This document shows positions 23,558 through 31,763 of a DNA stretch of 40,059 nt, in pieces. How positions within the stretch are numbered: the first letter of the stretch is position 1; every line of letters starts with the position of its first letter. The notes under the pieces were generated by a model that did no database searches, had not been told where the DNA came from, and saw only the letters and a list, made by a program, of their open reading frames with translations. A program made the position numbers and the translations under genes. The stretch is from Candidatus Bathyarchaeia archaeon (lineage in GTDB: Bacteria > Patescibacteriota > Minisyncoccia > Moranbacterales > UBA11712): NCBI GenBank assembly GCA_035297345.1, contig DATGZC010000033.1, forward strand, positions 1 to 40,059, in the 5' to 3' direction.

Positions 23558-24124
23558 TTATAATTCCCCCCGAATGGCTTGGCCCATTTCAACTTCTTCG
23601 TTTTTGCGTTCTTTTTCCTGAAGCTGGACGATGATGTTTTTCACCTCATTGGGGTTCGGAATCTGATGAAATGTGAAGCGTTCGACTTCGGCCGCCGTTT
23701 GGACATAGATATTCCCATAGCCCAGGACAGTGGGAATGACGCCGATGATTTCGGAAGTTACGTCCTGGATTTTCGTGAGCTTGAGCTCCGAAATATCCCG
23801 GTTAAAAAAGCCTTTTTGATCAATATTGACGATGCGTTCGTTGGTGACGATCCAGGCGTCGAGATAGAAATCGAGCCAGAGGATGAAAAACAAATTCCAG
23901 ACAAAAAGCATTCCGAGACTTTCGGCAAAAAGAAGGAGATTATGGTACGCACTTTGGGAAAAATCGCCGCCGAAAAGAGTGAAAAAGACATAGGCCAAAA
24001 CCAAGCCGAGGATGGCGGCGAGCACCGAAAGCAGATGGATGAAAAAAATATACCAATGGCGGCGCAGAAAAAGAACCACTTGCTCGTCATCATGTTGTCC
24101 TGGAAATCGAATTTCTCCAAACAT
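23558..24124 (-). CDS. Membrane-flanked bacterial PH (bPH_2/YdbT-like) domain protein
   Basis: FPGQHDDEQVVLFLRRHWYIF, two TM helices, then WIVTNERIVNIDQKGFFNRDISELKLTKIQDV. Confidence 0.65.
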   Translation of the reverse strand: MFGEIRFPGQHDDEQVVLFLRRHWYIFFIHLLSVLAAILGLVLAYVFFTLFGGDFSQSAYHNLLLFAESLGMLFVWNLFFILWLDFYLDAWIVTNERIVNIDQKGFFNRDISELKLTKIQDVTSEIIGVIPTVLGYGNIYVQTAAEVERFTFHQIPNPNEVKNIIVQLQEKERKNEEVEMGQAIRGEL

Positions 24125-24148
24125 AATTTTGATTGTTATTTTTCAAAT

Positions 24149-24259
24149 CCTTCTCCCCTCAGATGAGGGGAGATGTCCGAAGGACAGAGGGGTGTTGAGA
24201 GTTCAGCAGACTGAAACAACACCTCCCCCTGCCCCCTCCTCAACTGAGGAGGGGAGGAT
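24149..24259 (+). repeat. 111-bp three-hairpin interspersed repeat, copy A
   Basis: It differs from 31617-31727 at 2 of 111 positions. Hairpins are CTCCCCTCA/TGAGGGGAG, GGTGTTG...CAACACC (with inner TTCAG/CTGAA) and CCCCTCCTCA/TGAGGAGGGG. Confidence 0.92.
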
Positions 24260-24262
24260 TGT

Positions 24263-24484
24263 TTATAACCTAAAACTTCCAAAAATCTGCCCCCAATCCA
24301 CCTGCAGAAATAAAGCAAAATTTGAAATCAAGAGAATTACTGCGCCGAGGATATAGATCACCGACATCACGCCGGAAGCGTGCCGATTGATCTTATAATA
24401 GAGCAAATGAAAAACAATCGCCGCGCCAAAAGCGAGAAAAATGAGGATGACGAAGATATAGAAACCAATGACGATGGATGACAT
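24263..24484 (-). CDS. Small membrane protein (73 aa, 2 TM)
   Basis: Two clear hydrophobic helices, co-directional with its neighbours. No SD sequence seen. Confidence 0.45.
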   Translation of the reverse strand: MSSIVIGFYIFVILIFLAFGAAIVFHLLYYKINRHASGVMSVIYILGAVILLISNFALFLQVDWGQIFGSFRL

Positions 24485-24506
24485 TTTTGTTTTAAATTTT
24501 TTTTGA

Positions 24507-25130
24507 CTAACTTCGCTTATTTTTCATTGTCGCGGCCATGGCGCCCGAGAAGCCTTCTTTCGGGTTTGTTTCTTTCTCTTTTCTTGCTTCCATTGTTCGC
24601 CTCCTAACCGTTGGATGTATTCCAGCGGTCGCGTTGAGAGAGCGATCGGGGGGCGGGGAAGTTTTTTCTGAAGTGGTTCTGTTTATAAAGCCTGGCTTCG
24701 CGAAGGAACAGTCGAAGCTGCTGCCTGGTACGTATTGGTTTGGCGATGCGGATTTTTTCGATCCAGAAGATGGTTGGCCGATGGCTTTTTCTGTATCTGC
24801 AATTTTTGATTGGGAAGAATTTTTCGGCTTGATGAATCTTTGGCCGCTTGAAAGACTTGGAAAGACTTCTTTTGCCAGCCGGAATCGCTCTGCATCGGTG
24901 AGAGTTTTCATTTCGCCGATCGTTGCCTGCATTTCGCCTCTTGAAAGACCATCCTTGGCCTTATTGTACATAATTTGATTGAATTCGACTTTTTCAGACC
25001 GGCTGTTCAGGATATGGGCTATTTTCTTGTTGCTAAGGAAGTCCTGGGTCGCCTTTGACTGGCGAAAATTTTGGCGAAATGACTTGCTTGAAATCTTTTT
25101 GCCGTTGGTAAACAGTTTTTTTGTGTCCAT
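24507..25130 (-). CDS. Hypothetical basic, low-complexity protein (start taken at ATG 25130)
   Basis: It fills the gap downstream of ruvB on the same strand. The tracked start at 25142 is a TTG that overlaps the ruvB stop. No family recognised. Confidence 0.4.
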   Translation of the reverse strand: MDTKKLFTNGKKISSKSFRQNFRQSKATQDFLSNKKIAHILNSRSEKVEFNQIMYNKAKDGLSRGEMQATIGEMKTLTDAERFRLAKEVFPSLSSGQRFIKPKNSSQSKIADTEKAIGQPSSGSKKSASPNQYVPGSSFDCSFAKPGFINRTTSEKTSPPPDRSLNATAGIHPTVRRRTMEARKEKETNPKEGFSGAMAATMKNKRS

Positions 25131-25138
25131 TGGAAAGC

Positions 25139-26146
25139 TCAAAACAACTTATCCTGTTCTTTGTCATACTGCAATCCCAGGTGCCTATAAGCCGCTTCGG
25201 TCGCGACGCGGCCGCGGGGGGTGCGGGTGAGAAAGCCGAGCTGGAGGAGATAGGGTTCATAGACGTCCTCGATAGTTTCTATTTCTTCGGAAGTCGCGGC
25301 GGCGATGGTGGAAATGCCGACCGGTCCGCCGTTGAATTTTTCGATGATGGTCTTCAAGATGTGGCGATCGGTCGGTTCGAGTCCCAGTTCGTCGATTTCG
25401 AGATTGGCAAAGGCGGCGAGGCAGAGTTCTTCGGTGATCGTATCACTATTATTCACTTGCGTGAAGTCGCGGACGCGTTTCAAGAGGCGGTTCGCAACTC
25501 GCGGGGTGCGGCGACTGGATTGGGAAACGGTTTTTGCCCCGGCGCTGTCGATCGGAGCGGAAAGGATCTCGGAAGAGCGGCGTACTATATTTTCAATCTC
25601 TTCGTTTTCATAGAATTCAAGCCGGTTGATGACGCCAAAGCGATTGCGCAGCGGAGAAGAAATTGCCCCCAAGCGCGTAGTAGCTCCTATGAGAGTAAAG
25701 CGGGGGAGATCGAGCTGCAAAGTTTTGGCCGAAGGCCCTTTTCCGATGATGATGTCCAGTTTGAAATCTTCCATAGCCGGATACAAAACTTCTTCGATAA
25801 GTTTGTTGAGGCGGTGAATTTCGTCGATGAAAAGGATGTCGCCGTCGCCGAGATTGGTGAGAATCGACCCCAGGTCGCCGACTTTTTCAATGGCCGGACC
25901 CGAGGTCACGCGGATGTTGGCGCCCATTTCTTTGGCGATGATGTGGGCCAGAGTCGTTTTTCCAAGTCCCGCCGGGCCATAGAGGAGGACATGTTCGATC
26001 GGCTCTTTCCTTTTTTTGGCGGCATCGATCAAAATCCGCAGGTTTTTCTTCGTTTTTTCCTGTCCAAAGTATTCTCCGAAGCTTTGCGGCCGGAGGGTGA
26101 CATCCAGTTTTGTATCGTCAATCTGTTCGTTTGAAGATGTAATCAT
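25139..26146 (-). CDS. ruvB: Holliday junction branch migration helicase RuvB
   Basis: [14 protein letters not shown], Walker [12 protein letters not shown], Walker B LFIDEIH, ATTRLG, and a C-terminal winged helix. Confidence 0.97.
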   Translation of the reverse strand: MITSSNEQIDDTKLDVTLRPQSFGEYFGQEKTKKNLRILIDAAKKRKEPIEHVLLYGPAGLGKTTLAHIIAKEMGANIRVTSGPAIEKVGDLGSILTNLGDGDILFIDEIHRLNKLIEEVLYPAMEDFKLDIIIGKGPSAKTLQLDLPRFTLIGATTRLGAISSPLRNRFGVINRLEFYENEEIENIVRRSSEILSAPIDSAGAKTVSQSSRRTPRVANRLLKRVRDFTQVNNSDTITEELCLAAFANLEIDELGLEPTDRHILKTIIEKFNGGPVGISTIAAATSEEIETIEDVYEPYLLQLGFLTRTPRGRVATEAAYRHLGLQYDKEQDKLF

Positions 26147-26155
26147 GAAAATCTC

Positions 26156-26188
26156 TACGAATTACGAATCAAGTACGAATATACGAAT
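26156..26188. repeat. Four copies of the heptamer TACGAAT in the ruvB 5' leader
   Basis: TACGAAT occurs at 26156, 26163, 26174 and 26182. The ruvB ATG is at 26146 on the minus strand. Confidence 0.85.
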
Positions 26189-26231
26189 ATTTGCTCGCTG
26201 TATAATAAAAAACGCAGTTATACGCGTTTCT

Positions 26232-26260
26232 ATTGTATCAATAAATAGCACACTTGACAA
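26232..26260 (-). promoter_or_regulatory. Sigma70-like promoter for ruvB
   Basis: On the minus strand: TTGTCA (26260-26255), N17, TACAAT (26237-26232). Confidence 0.5.
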
Positions 26261-26282
26261 AGAATTTGAGGTATGATAGACT
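26254..26282 (+). promoter_or_regulatory. Divergent, overlapping sigma70-like promoter facing the candidate ncRNA
   Basis: TTGACA (26254-26259), N17, TAGACT (26277-26282). Its -35 box overlaps the minus-strand -35 box in the palindromic CTTGACAAG. Confidence 0.4.
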
Positions 26283-26289
26283 ATTCCAT

Positions 26290-26493
26290 CAGGTTAAAAT
26301 CTGATATATAAAGTATTTTATTTTGAGAACCTTCTGATTTGCAGGCATATAAGGGGAGCTCGTAACTTTCCTACCGGGAACTTTCTTGCCCAGACACGGA
26401 TTGTTCGGTTTCGGCTGAACTCTTCCTCGGCACTGTTCCTACCCCGCGATTCCCTAGTTGCGGGAACTTGCCTGCATACCAGAGGGTTTTTTT
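26290..26493 (+). ncRNA. Candidate structured small RNA of unknown class (strand tentative)
   Basis: A long closing helix pairs CCTTCTGATTTGCAGGCA (26330-26347) with TGCCTGCATACCAGAGGG (26469-26486), followed by T7 (26487-26493). Internal duplicated motifs are TTCCTACC(G/C)(G/C)G and CGGGAACTT. No credible CDS is present, and a promoter motif lies upstream. Confidence 0.35.
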
Positions 26494-26538
26494 GTTGGCT
26501 TTTAAATAATTCAGGATTTAGACGAACTTGTAAATTGC

Positions 26539-27036
26539 CTAAAAACCTGATCGCGAGCATCCTTCTTCCGTGCAAACAATGAATTTGCTTCCGCTTCTTG
26601 CGAAGAAGCAAAAATCGGGATCGAAAAATTTTCCGCCACATAATCCGTTTGAATAGCTTCCGCAGCCGCTTACGCCCGTGGAAAAACTGCTGATACTCAA
26701 TCTCGGGTCGCACCACGAAAGAGAGTTTGGCCATCCATATTGGCTAAAGTCCGGCCATTCGCCAATTTGGGGGCCGAGAACGGCGTCGGCGCAAACATAC
26801 TGGTATATTCCTGTGCCCCCGGTATACCCAAGTCTTTGTATGGTCCCGGTGGCAAGGCACGAAAACGCTCCTGACTGGACACTTTTCATTGTTTGAAGCA
26901 TCGAGTTGTCTCTGGCTGTATTCCTTGCGTTGCCCAAGCTTACTAAAACGACTGCTGCCAATATTCCAAGTATTGCGATTACAACTAGAAGCTCAACCAA
27001 TGTGAAGCCTCTAGAATATAGTTTTATTTGATGCAT
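26539..27036 (-). CDS. Type IV pilin / pseudopilin (prepilin-type N-terminal cleavage/methylation domain)
   Basis: [25 protein letters not shown] directly follows a short leader. The C-terminal globular part is Cys-rich. Confidence 0.85.
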   Translation of the reverse strand: MHQIKLYSRGFTLVELLVVIAILGILAAVVLVSLGNARNTARDNSMLQTMKSVQSGAFSCLATGTIQRLGYTGGTGIYQYVCADAVLGPQIGEWPDFSQYGWPNSLSWCDPRLSISSFSTGVSGCGSYSNGLCGGKFFDPDFCFFARSGSKFIVCTEEGCSRSGF

Positions 27037-27122
27037 GTATTTTTTCTAAAGTTAGGCCAAGTTTCTGGCCCGAGTACGGAAAAAATATAAGGAAGACTAA
27101 GTAGACAGTCAAACTAGCTCCA

Positions 27123-30100
27123 TTATTCCTCTGTCACTCTCTCCACTTCTTCCATAGTTGTCAATCCTTCGAGGACTTTGAGTAGTCCGTCTTGGGCCAT
27201 GGTGATCATGCCTTGCGAGCGGGCCAGTTCTTCGACTTCCGAAGTGGTTGGCTGTTTTGTTATCAGCTCCTCCATTTCTTGGTTCATTGGAAGAACTTCG
27301 CTCACGGTCGTGCGGCCGCGGTATCCGAGGCGGTTGCATTTCTCACATCCGACGGCTTCGAAAATTTGGCCGATCTCTTTCGGCTCTTCGATGCCCGCTT
27401 GAGGCAGAATATTTTGAAGCATTTTTTCGATGCGTGCTTTCTCTTCCGAGCTGGGAGTGATTTTTTTCTTGCAATCGGGACACAAGGTGCGCACCAAGCG
27501 CTGGGCCATAAAAGCGTTCACAGAAGAGGCAATGTCGGTTGGTGAGACGCCCATATTGATAAGCCTCTGCACCGATCCGGCAGCATTGTTCGTGTGGAGG
27601 GTTGAGAGCACCAGGTGACCGGTGAGCGAAGCTTGGACGGCAATATGGGCCGTTTCGTCGTCGCGGATTTCCCCGATCATCATGATGTCCGGATTCTGGC
27701 GGAGAAGCGCCCGCAAAGCTTTCGGGAAAGTATAGCCTTTTTTGTCGTCCGTTTGGGTCTGGAGAACCCCCTTCAAGCGATATTCGATAGGATCTTCGAC
27801 CGTGATAATTTTCACGCCCGGTTTGTTGAGGATCGAAAGCAGGGAATAGAGCGTCGTCGTTTTTCCTGAACCGGTTGGACCGGTATTCAAAATCACGCCG
27901 TTTGGTTTTTTGGACGCGCTCAGGAGTTTTTCCAAATTTTCTTTGCGGATTCCCAATTTTCCAAGATCCAAAGCTTGCGCCGATTGGTTGAGGAGCCGCA
28001 TCACGACTGTTTCACCGTAGCCTCCCAAAATGATCGAAACGCGAACGTCCACTTCGCGGTCTTCAACGTGAGAAAGCGCTCCTTCGTCCAGTCGAATGCC
28101 AAATCGGCTGTCTTTCACGCCCTCTTCGATGTCCGTCGCCTTGAAACCGCTCAGCACTTTGATGTTTCCCAAAAAGTGCGGGTACTCGGTCATCGGAATT
28201 TCAGCGACATCCTGCAATATCCCGTCGATCCGGTAGCGGATCTTGACCGAATTTTCTTCCGGTTCGATGTGGATGTCGCCTGCCGAGAGCCAAAGACCGG
28301 CGCCGAGGACATAGCGCAAAGCTTTTTCGGGGTTGGCGGCGGAAATCAGCTTCGAGAGCGCAGAAAAATCTTTTTTGGTTTCGAAAATTTCTGCCGAATC
28401 CTCCGGAGTGATCACAACAGAGCGCAGCAAGAGCTGGCTGATTATTTTTTCGTAGAGTTCTTCCAAGAATTTTCCTTCGCCGGTCACCCGCTGCACTTCT
28501 TCGAGCGACGTGATTCCTTCGAGGGATTTCAAAATTCCGTCTTGGAGCATCGTGATCATCCCCGCTTCGAGGGAAAGAGCCAATATTTCTTCCTCCGGCG
28601 CCATTCCGGTGATCTTCTCGGAAATTTCTTCGTTCAAGGTGAAAATTTCGAAAATTCCGATCCGCCCTTTGTAGCCGAGCCCGTGGCATTTCGGACAGCC
28701 TTTCGCGCGATAAAAAGAGTTGATCTCTTTTGGTATGGAAAGCTTGGCTTTCGGGGAAATGACCGCCAGAATTTTTTCGATGCTCTCGATCGATTCGCGG
28801 GCCGGAACATATTTTTCTTTGCAGTGCGGACAGAGCTTGCGGACCAACCGCTGGCCGATGATAGCATTCACCGAAGCCGGAACAAGAGACGGTTTGATCC
28901 CCATATCAACCATACGCGGGACAGCTTCGATGGCGCTGTTCGAGTGGATGGTGGAGAGGACGAGGTGGCCGGTGAGCGACGCATGGACGGCGATCGAAGC
29001 TGTTTCGTCATCGCGGATCTCGCCCACCAAAATCACATCTGGATCCTGGCGAACAATGGCCCGCAGAGCATTTGCGAAAGAATATCCCCGGTCTTTTGAT
29101 ACCTGTGTCTGCGAGATTCCCTTGATTTTGTATTCAATCGGATCTTCAACCGTGATGATTTTCACTTCGGGCGTATTGAGCGTGTTGATGACGGCATAAA
29201 GCGTCGTCGTTTTTCCGCTCCCGGTCGGGCCGGTGTTGAGGATCATTCCGTTCGGATTTTTCATTTCGGCGAGAAGCTTGTCATAGGCCAATCCCCGCAA
29301 TCCCAAATCATCGAAGCGCAGGGCGACCGATTCTTGGTTCAAAAGCCGCATCACGATATTCTCGCCAAAATTTCCCGGCAAGATCGACACGCGTACGTCA
29401 ATTTCTTTTCCGTCGAGATTGATCGAAAACCGGCCGTCCTGCGCGATGTCCCGCACGTTGATCTTCATCCCGGAAAGGACTTTCACGCGGGACATTATGA
29501 AATGATAGGACTGGGCGGGGATGACGGTGATATTCTGAAGCACGCCGTCCAAGCGGTAGCGAAGCCGGATGCCGTCCTGTTGGGGCTCGAAGTGGATGTC
29601 GCTTGCTTCCATCTTGACCGCGCCCGCCACCACGATATTCAAAACTTCGGTGGTCGGGATCTCGGTGATCCTCTTTTTGAGGTCGATGACGTCCTTGAGT
29701 TTTTTTTCAAATTCTTCAAGATCGGCGCCGGTGAGCGAGAGGCGCATTTCTTCGAGGCTTTCAACGAGTGCGATATGTTTGTATTTTTCAATCGATTTCT
29801 CAAGGCCGCCAGTGGAACACATATAGAACTTGACCGTGAAGCCTTCTTCTTGTTTCAACTTTTCAACGAATGCTTGGAGCTCGGGGTTTTCGGGGCCGGG
29901 GGAGGCCAGGCTCACGTTTTTTCCTGCGCGCTGAAGGCAGACGACAGAATATTTTTCCGCGTCTTCTTTCGGAATGGTTCGAAGGGTTTCCGGGTCGATC
30001 GGAAAAATATTGAGATCGATATATGGCAAACCGAGCGCCGCCGCATATGCAGCCGCCTGCTGTTCTTCGGACTCATGTTTCATCTTCGAAAGCACCCGGC

Positions 30101-30167
30101 GCACGTCTTCTTCGTGGGCACCGTGAATCTCGTGAAATTCTGGATTTTGGTTTTTGTCTTCGGGCAT
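27123..30167 (-). CDS. pilB: Tandem-duplicated GspE/PilB-type secretion ATPase (two complete ATPase modules in one 1014-aa chain)
   Basis: Module 1: GspII_E N-terminal region, Walker A GPTGSGKTTT (about 29205-29231), DVILVGEIRD, TGHLVLSTIHSN, and CPHC...CPKC. Module 2: Walker A GPTGSGKTTT (about 27866-27893), DIMMIGEIRD, TGHLVLSTLHTN, and CPDC...CEKC. Both modules end in ..EEV.RVT. Confidence 0.9.
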   Translation of the reverse strand: MPEDKNQNPEFHEIHGAHEEDVRRVLSKMKHESEEQQAAAYAAALGLPYIDLNIFPIDPETLRTIPKEDAEKYSVVCLQRAGKNVSLASPGPENPELQAFVEKLKQEEGFTVKFYMCSTGGLEKSIEKYKHIALVESLEEMRLSLTGADLEEFEKKLKDVIDLKKRITEIPTTEVLNIVVAGAVKMEASDIHFEPQQDGIRLRYRLDGVLQNITVIPAQSYHFIMSRVKVLSGMKINVRDIAQDGRFSINLDGKEIDVRVSILPGNFGENIVMRLLNQESVALRFDDLGLRGLAYDKLLAEMKNPNGMILNTGPTGSGKTTTLYAVINTLNTPEVKIITVEDPIEYKIKGISQTQVSKDRGYSFANALRAIVRQDPDVILVGEIRDDETASIAVHASLTGHLVLSTIHSNSAIEAVPRMVDMGIKPSLVPASVNAIIGQRLVRKLCPHCKEKYVPARESIESIEKILAVISPKAKLSIPKEINSFYRAKGCPKCHGLGYKGRIGIFEIFTLNEEISEKITGMAPEEEILALSLEAGMITMLQDGILKSLEGITSLEEVQRVTGEGKFLEELYEKIISQLLLRSVVITPEDSAEIFETKKDFSALSKLISAANPEKALRYVLGAGLWLSAGDIHIEPEENSVKIRYRIDGILQDVAEIPMTEYPHFLGNIKVLSGFKATDIEEGVKDSRFGIRLDEGALSHVEDREVDVRVSIILGGYGETVVMRLLNQSAQALDLGKLGIRKENLEKLLSASKKPNGVILNTGPTGSGKTTTLYSLLSILNKPGVKIITVEDPIEYRLKGVLQTQTDDKKGYTFPKALRALLRQNPDIMMIGEIRDDETAHIAVQASLTGHLVLSTLHTNNAAGSVQRLINMGVSPTDIASSVNAFMAQRLVRTLCPDCKKKITPSSEEKARIEKMLQNILPQAGIEEPKEIGQIFEAVGCEKCNRLGYRGRTTVSEVLPMNQEMEELITKQPTTSEVEELARSQGMITMAQDGLLKVLEGLTTMEEVERVTEE

Positions 30168-30182
30168 TTATCGTGAGTGATC

Positions 30183-30212
30183 TCCGCCAGAGGCGGATCC
30201 GCCTCTGGCGGA
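30183..30212. repeat. Perfect 30-bp palindrome in the pilB/GH1 divergent spacer
   Basis: TCCGCCAGAGGCGGA|TCCGCCTCTGGCGGA. Each 15-mer is itself a 6-bp hairpin. It starts 16 nt upstream of the pilB ATG. Confidence 0.9.
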
Positions 30213-30315
30213 AACGACCAATGGTCAATAAGTTTTTCTACTATTGATTATATTAGGCTATTTTCGGCGAATAAACAAACTGTGCGGATTAGGCGAAATG
30301 TACTAAAATAAATAA

Positions 30316-31614
30316 ATGAATGGAAAAATGCCCGCCAAAGGCAGGTCCGCCTCTGGCGGAAAAAACAAAATTCTCAAATTTCCCGAAGGATTTCTCTGGG
30401 GCGCGGCGACGTCGGCGCATCAAGTTGAGGGCGGGACAAAAAATGATTGGACGGAATGGGAAAAGAAAAACGCCAAACGTCTCGCCAGGGAAGCAAAAAC
30501 GAAATGGACCAAATGGCAGCAAGAAAAGTTTCCCGAAATGTTCGACCCCCAAAACTATATTTCCGGCCGGGCGTGCGACCACTACAATCGCTACGAAGAA
30601 GATCTTGATATTGCGAAATCATTGGGGCACAATGCCCATCGATTTTCCATCGAATGGTCGCGGATCGAACCGAAGGAGGGGAAATTCGACGAAAAAGAAA
30701 TCGAACATTATCGAAAAGTCTTGAAAGCCATCCGCGCGCGGGGTATGGAACCATTTGTGACGCTTTGGCATTGGACGAATCCCGTATGGCTTGAAGAAAA
30801 GGGAGGCCCCGAAAGCAAAAAATTTTCATACTATTTTTCCCGCTATGCAGAACACATCGTTGAAAATCTCGGGAATGACGCAAACTTTTGGATAACACTC
30901 AATGAGCCGACCTCTGTTATCGCTAGTTCATATATAAGGGGAGCTTGGCCGCCCCAAAAGAAAAATCCACTCTCAGTATTGAAAGTTTATAAAAACCTTT
31001 CAAAAGCTCACAACCAAGCTTTTGAAAAAATTCACAAAATTTTTCCGCAAAGCAAGGTTGGATTTTCGAATATTATTCCTTATTTTGAACCGTATAGCGA
31101 GCAATCCTTCCTAGACAGAGCCGCAACAAGAATATTTAAATATTTTTCAATAGATAAGTTCTGGAATTCAACAAAAGGAAAGAATGATTTTTTAGCCGTC
31201 CAGTATTATTTTCATAACCGTATAAAGTTTCCAGGAAAAAGAAAAAATAGAAACGAATCAATGACTGATCTTGGTTGGGAAATTTTTCCAGAAGGAATTT
31301 ATTATATCTTAAAAGACCTCAAAAAATACAATCTGCCGATCTACATAACTGAAAATGGTCTTGCGGATGGCGAAGATAAAAAGCGGGAAAAGTTTATCAA
31401 AGATCACTTGGGCTGGATTCACCAGGCAATCAAAGAAGGCATAGACGTGCGGGGATATTTGCACTGGTCGCTTCTAGACAACTTCGAATGGGACAAAGGT
31501 TATTGGCCGCGGTTTGGCTTGGTGGAAGTGGATTTCAAAACGATGGAGAGGAAGATCCGTCCGAGTGCTTGGGAATACGCCAAAATCTGCAAAAATAATT
31601 CTTTGGAAGTATAA
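30316..31614 (+). CDS. GH1 beta-glucosidase
   Basis: FPEGFLWGAATSAHQVEG, TLNEP (acid/base), ITENG (nucleophile), and WSLLDNFEW. The start could be ATG 30316 or 30328. Confidence 0.93.
   Translation: MNGKMPAKGRSASGGKNKILKFPEGFLWGAATSAHQVEGGTKNDWTEWEKKNAKRLAREAKTKWTKWQQEKFPEMFDPQNYISGRACDHYNRYEEDLDIAKSLGHNAHRFSIEWSRIEPKEGKFDEKEIEHYRKVLKAIRARGMEPFVTLWHWTNPVWLEEKGGPESKKFSYYFSRYAEHIVENLGNDANFWITLNEPTSVIASSYIRGAWPPQKKNPLSVLKVYKNLSKAHNQAFEKIHKIFPQSKVGFSNIIPYFEPYSEQSFLDRAATRIFKYFSIDKFWNSTKGKNDFLAVQYYFHNRIKFPGKRKNRNESMTDLGWEIFPEGIYYILKDLKKYNLPIYITENGLADGEDKKREKFIKDHLGWIHQAIKEGIDVRGYLHWSLLDNFEWDKGYWPRFGLVEVDFKTMERKIRPSAWEYAKICKNNSLEV
30346..30360 (+). repeat. Third copy of the 15-mer TCCGCCTCTGGCGGA
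   Basis: An exact copy inside the first ~15 codons of the GH1 ORF (encodes RSASGG). Confidence 0.85.
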
Positions 31615-31616
31615 AG

Positions 31617-31727
31617 CCTTCTCCCCTCAGATGAGGGGAGATATCCGAAGGACAGAGGGGCGTTGAGAGTTCAGCAGACTGAAACAACACCTCCCCCTGC
31701 CCCCTCCTCAACTGAGGAGGGGAGGAT
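31617..31727 (+). repeat. 111-bp three-hairpin interspersed repeat, copy B
   Basis: See copy A. It starts 3 nt after the GH1 stop codon. Confidence 0.92.
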
Positions 31728-31763
31728 AGCCAAAGATCAAAATAATAAAATCAAAACAAAACT

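Noticed and set aside
25121-26134. 337-aa plus-strand ORF
   Set aside because: It is the mirror ORF of ruvB, whose identity is unambiguous.
26290-26493. Identification of the structured element as SRP RNA, RNase P RNA or tmRNA
   Set aside because: I could not find their invariant cores. Missing are the GGAA/GNRA-capped AGCAGC helix-8 motif of SRP RNA and the AGGAAAGUCC...ACAGAA.CCGGCUUA cores of RNase P RNA. Also missing are a tRNA-like end and a tag ORF for tmRNA. A GGAAAGUU match on the minus strand is too short to count. The class is left open.
26318-26734. 138-aa minus-strand ORF across the pilin 3' end and the structured spacer
   Set aside because: It overlaps the pilin gene out of frame, is extremely Arg/Lys-rich, and has no RBS. 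The region is better explained as a structured non-coding element.
27178-30176. Plus-strand ORFs 27975..29099 (374 aa), 29334..30176 (280 aa) and shorter ones
   Set aside because: They are antisense to the PilB-type ATPase, which has motif-level support along its entire length.
24149-31727. The two 111-bp repeats as ends of a composite transposon carrying ruvB, pilin, pilB and GH1
   Set aside because: The copies are direct rather than inverted. No transposase or integrase lies between them, no target-site duplication is visible, and the enclosed genes include core functions.
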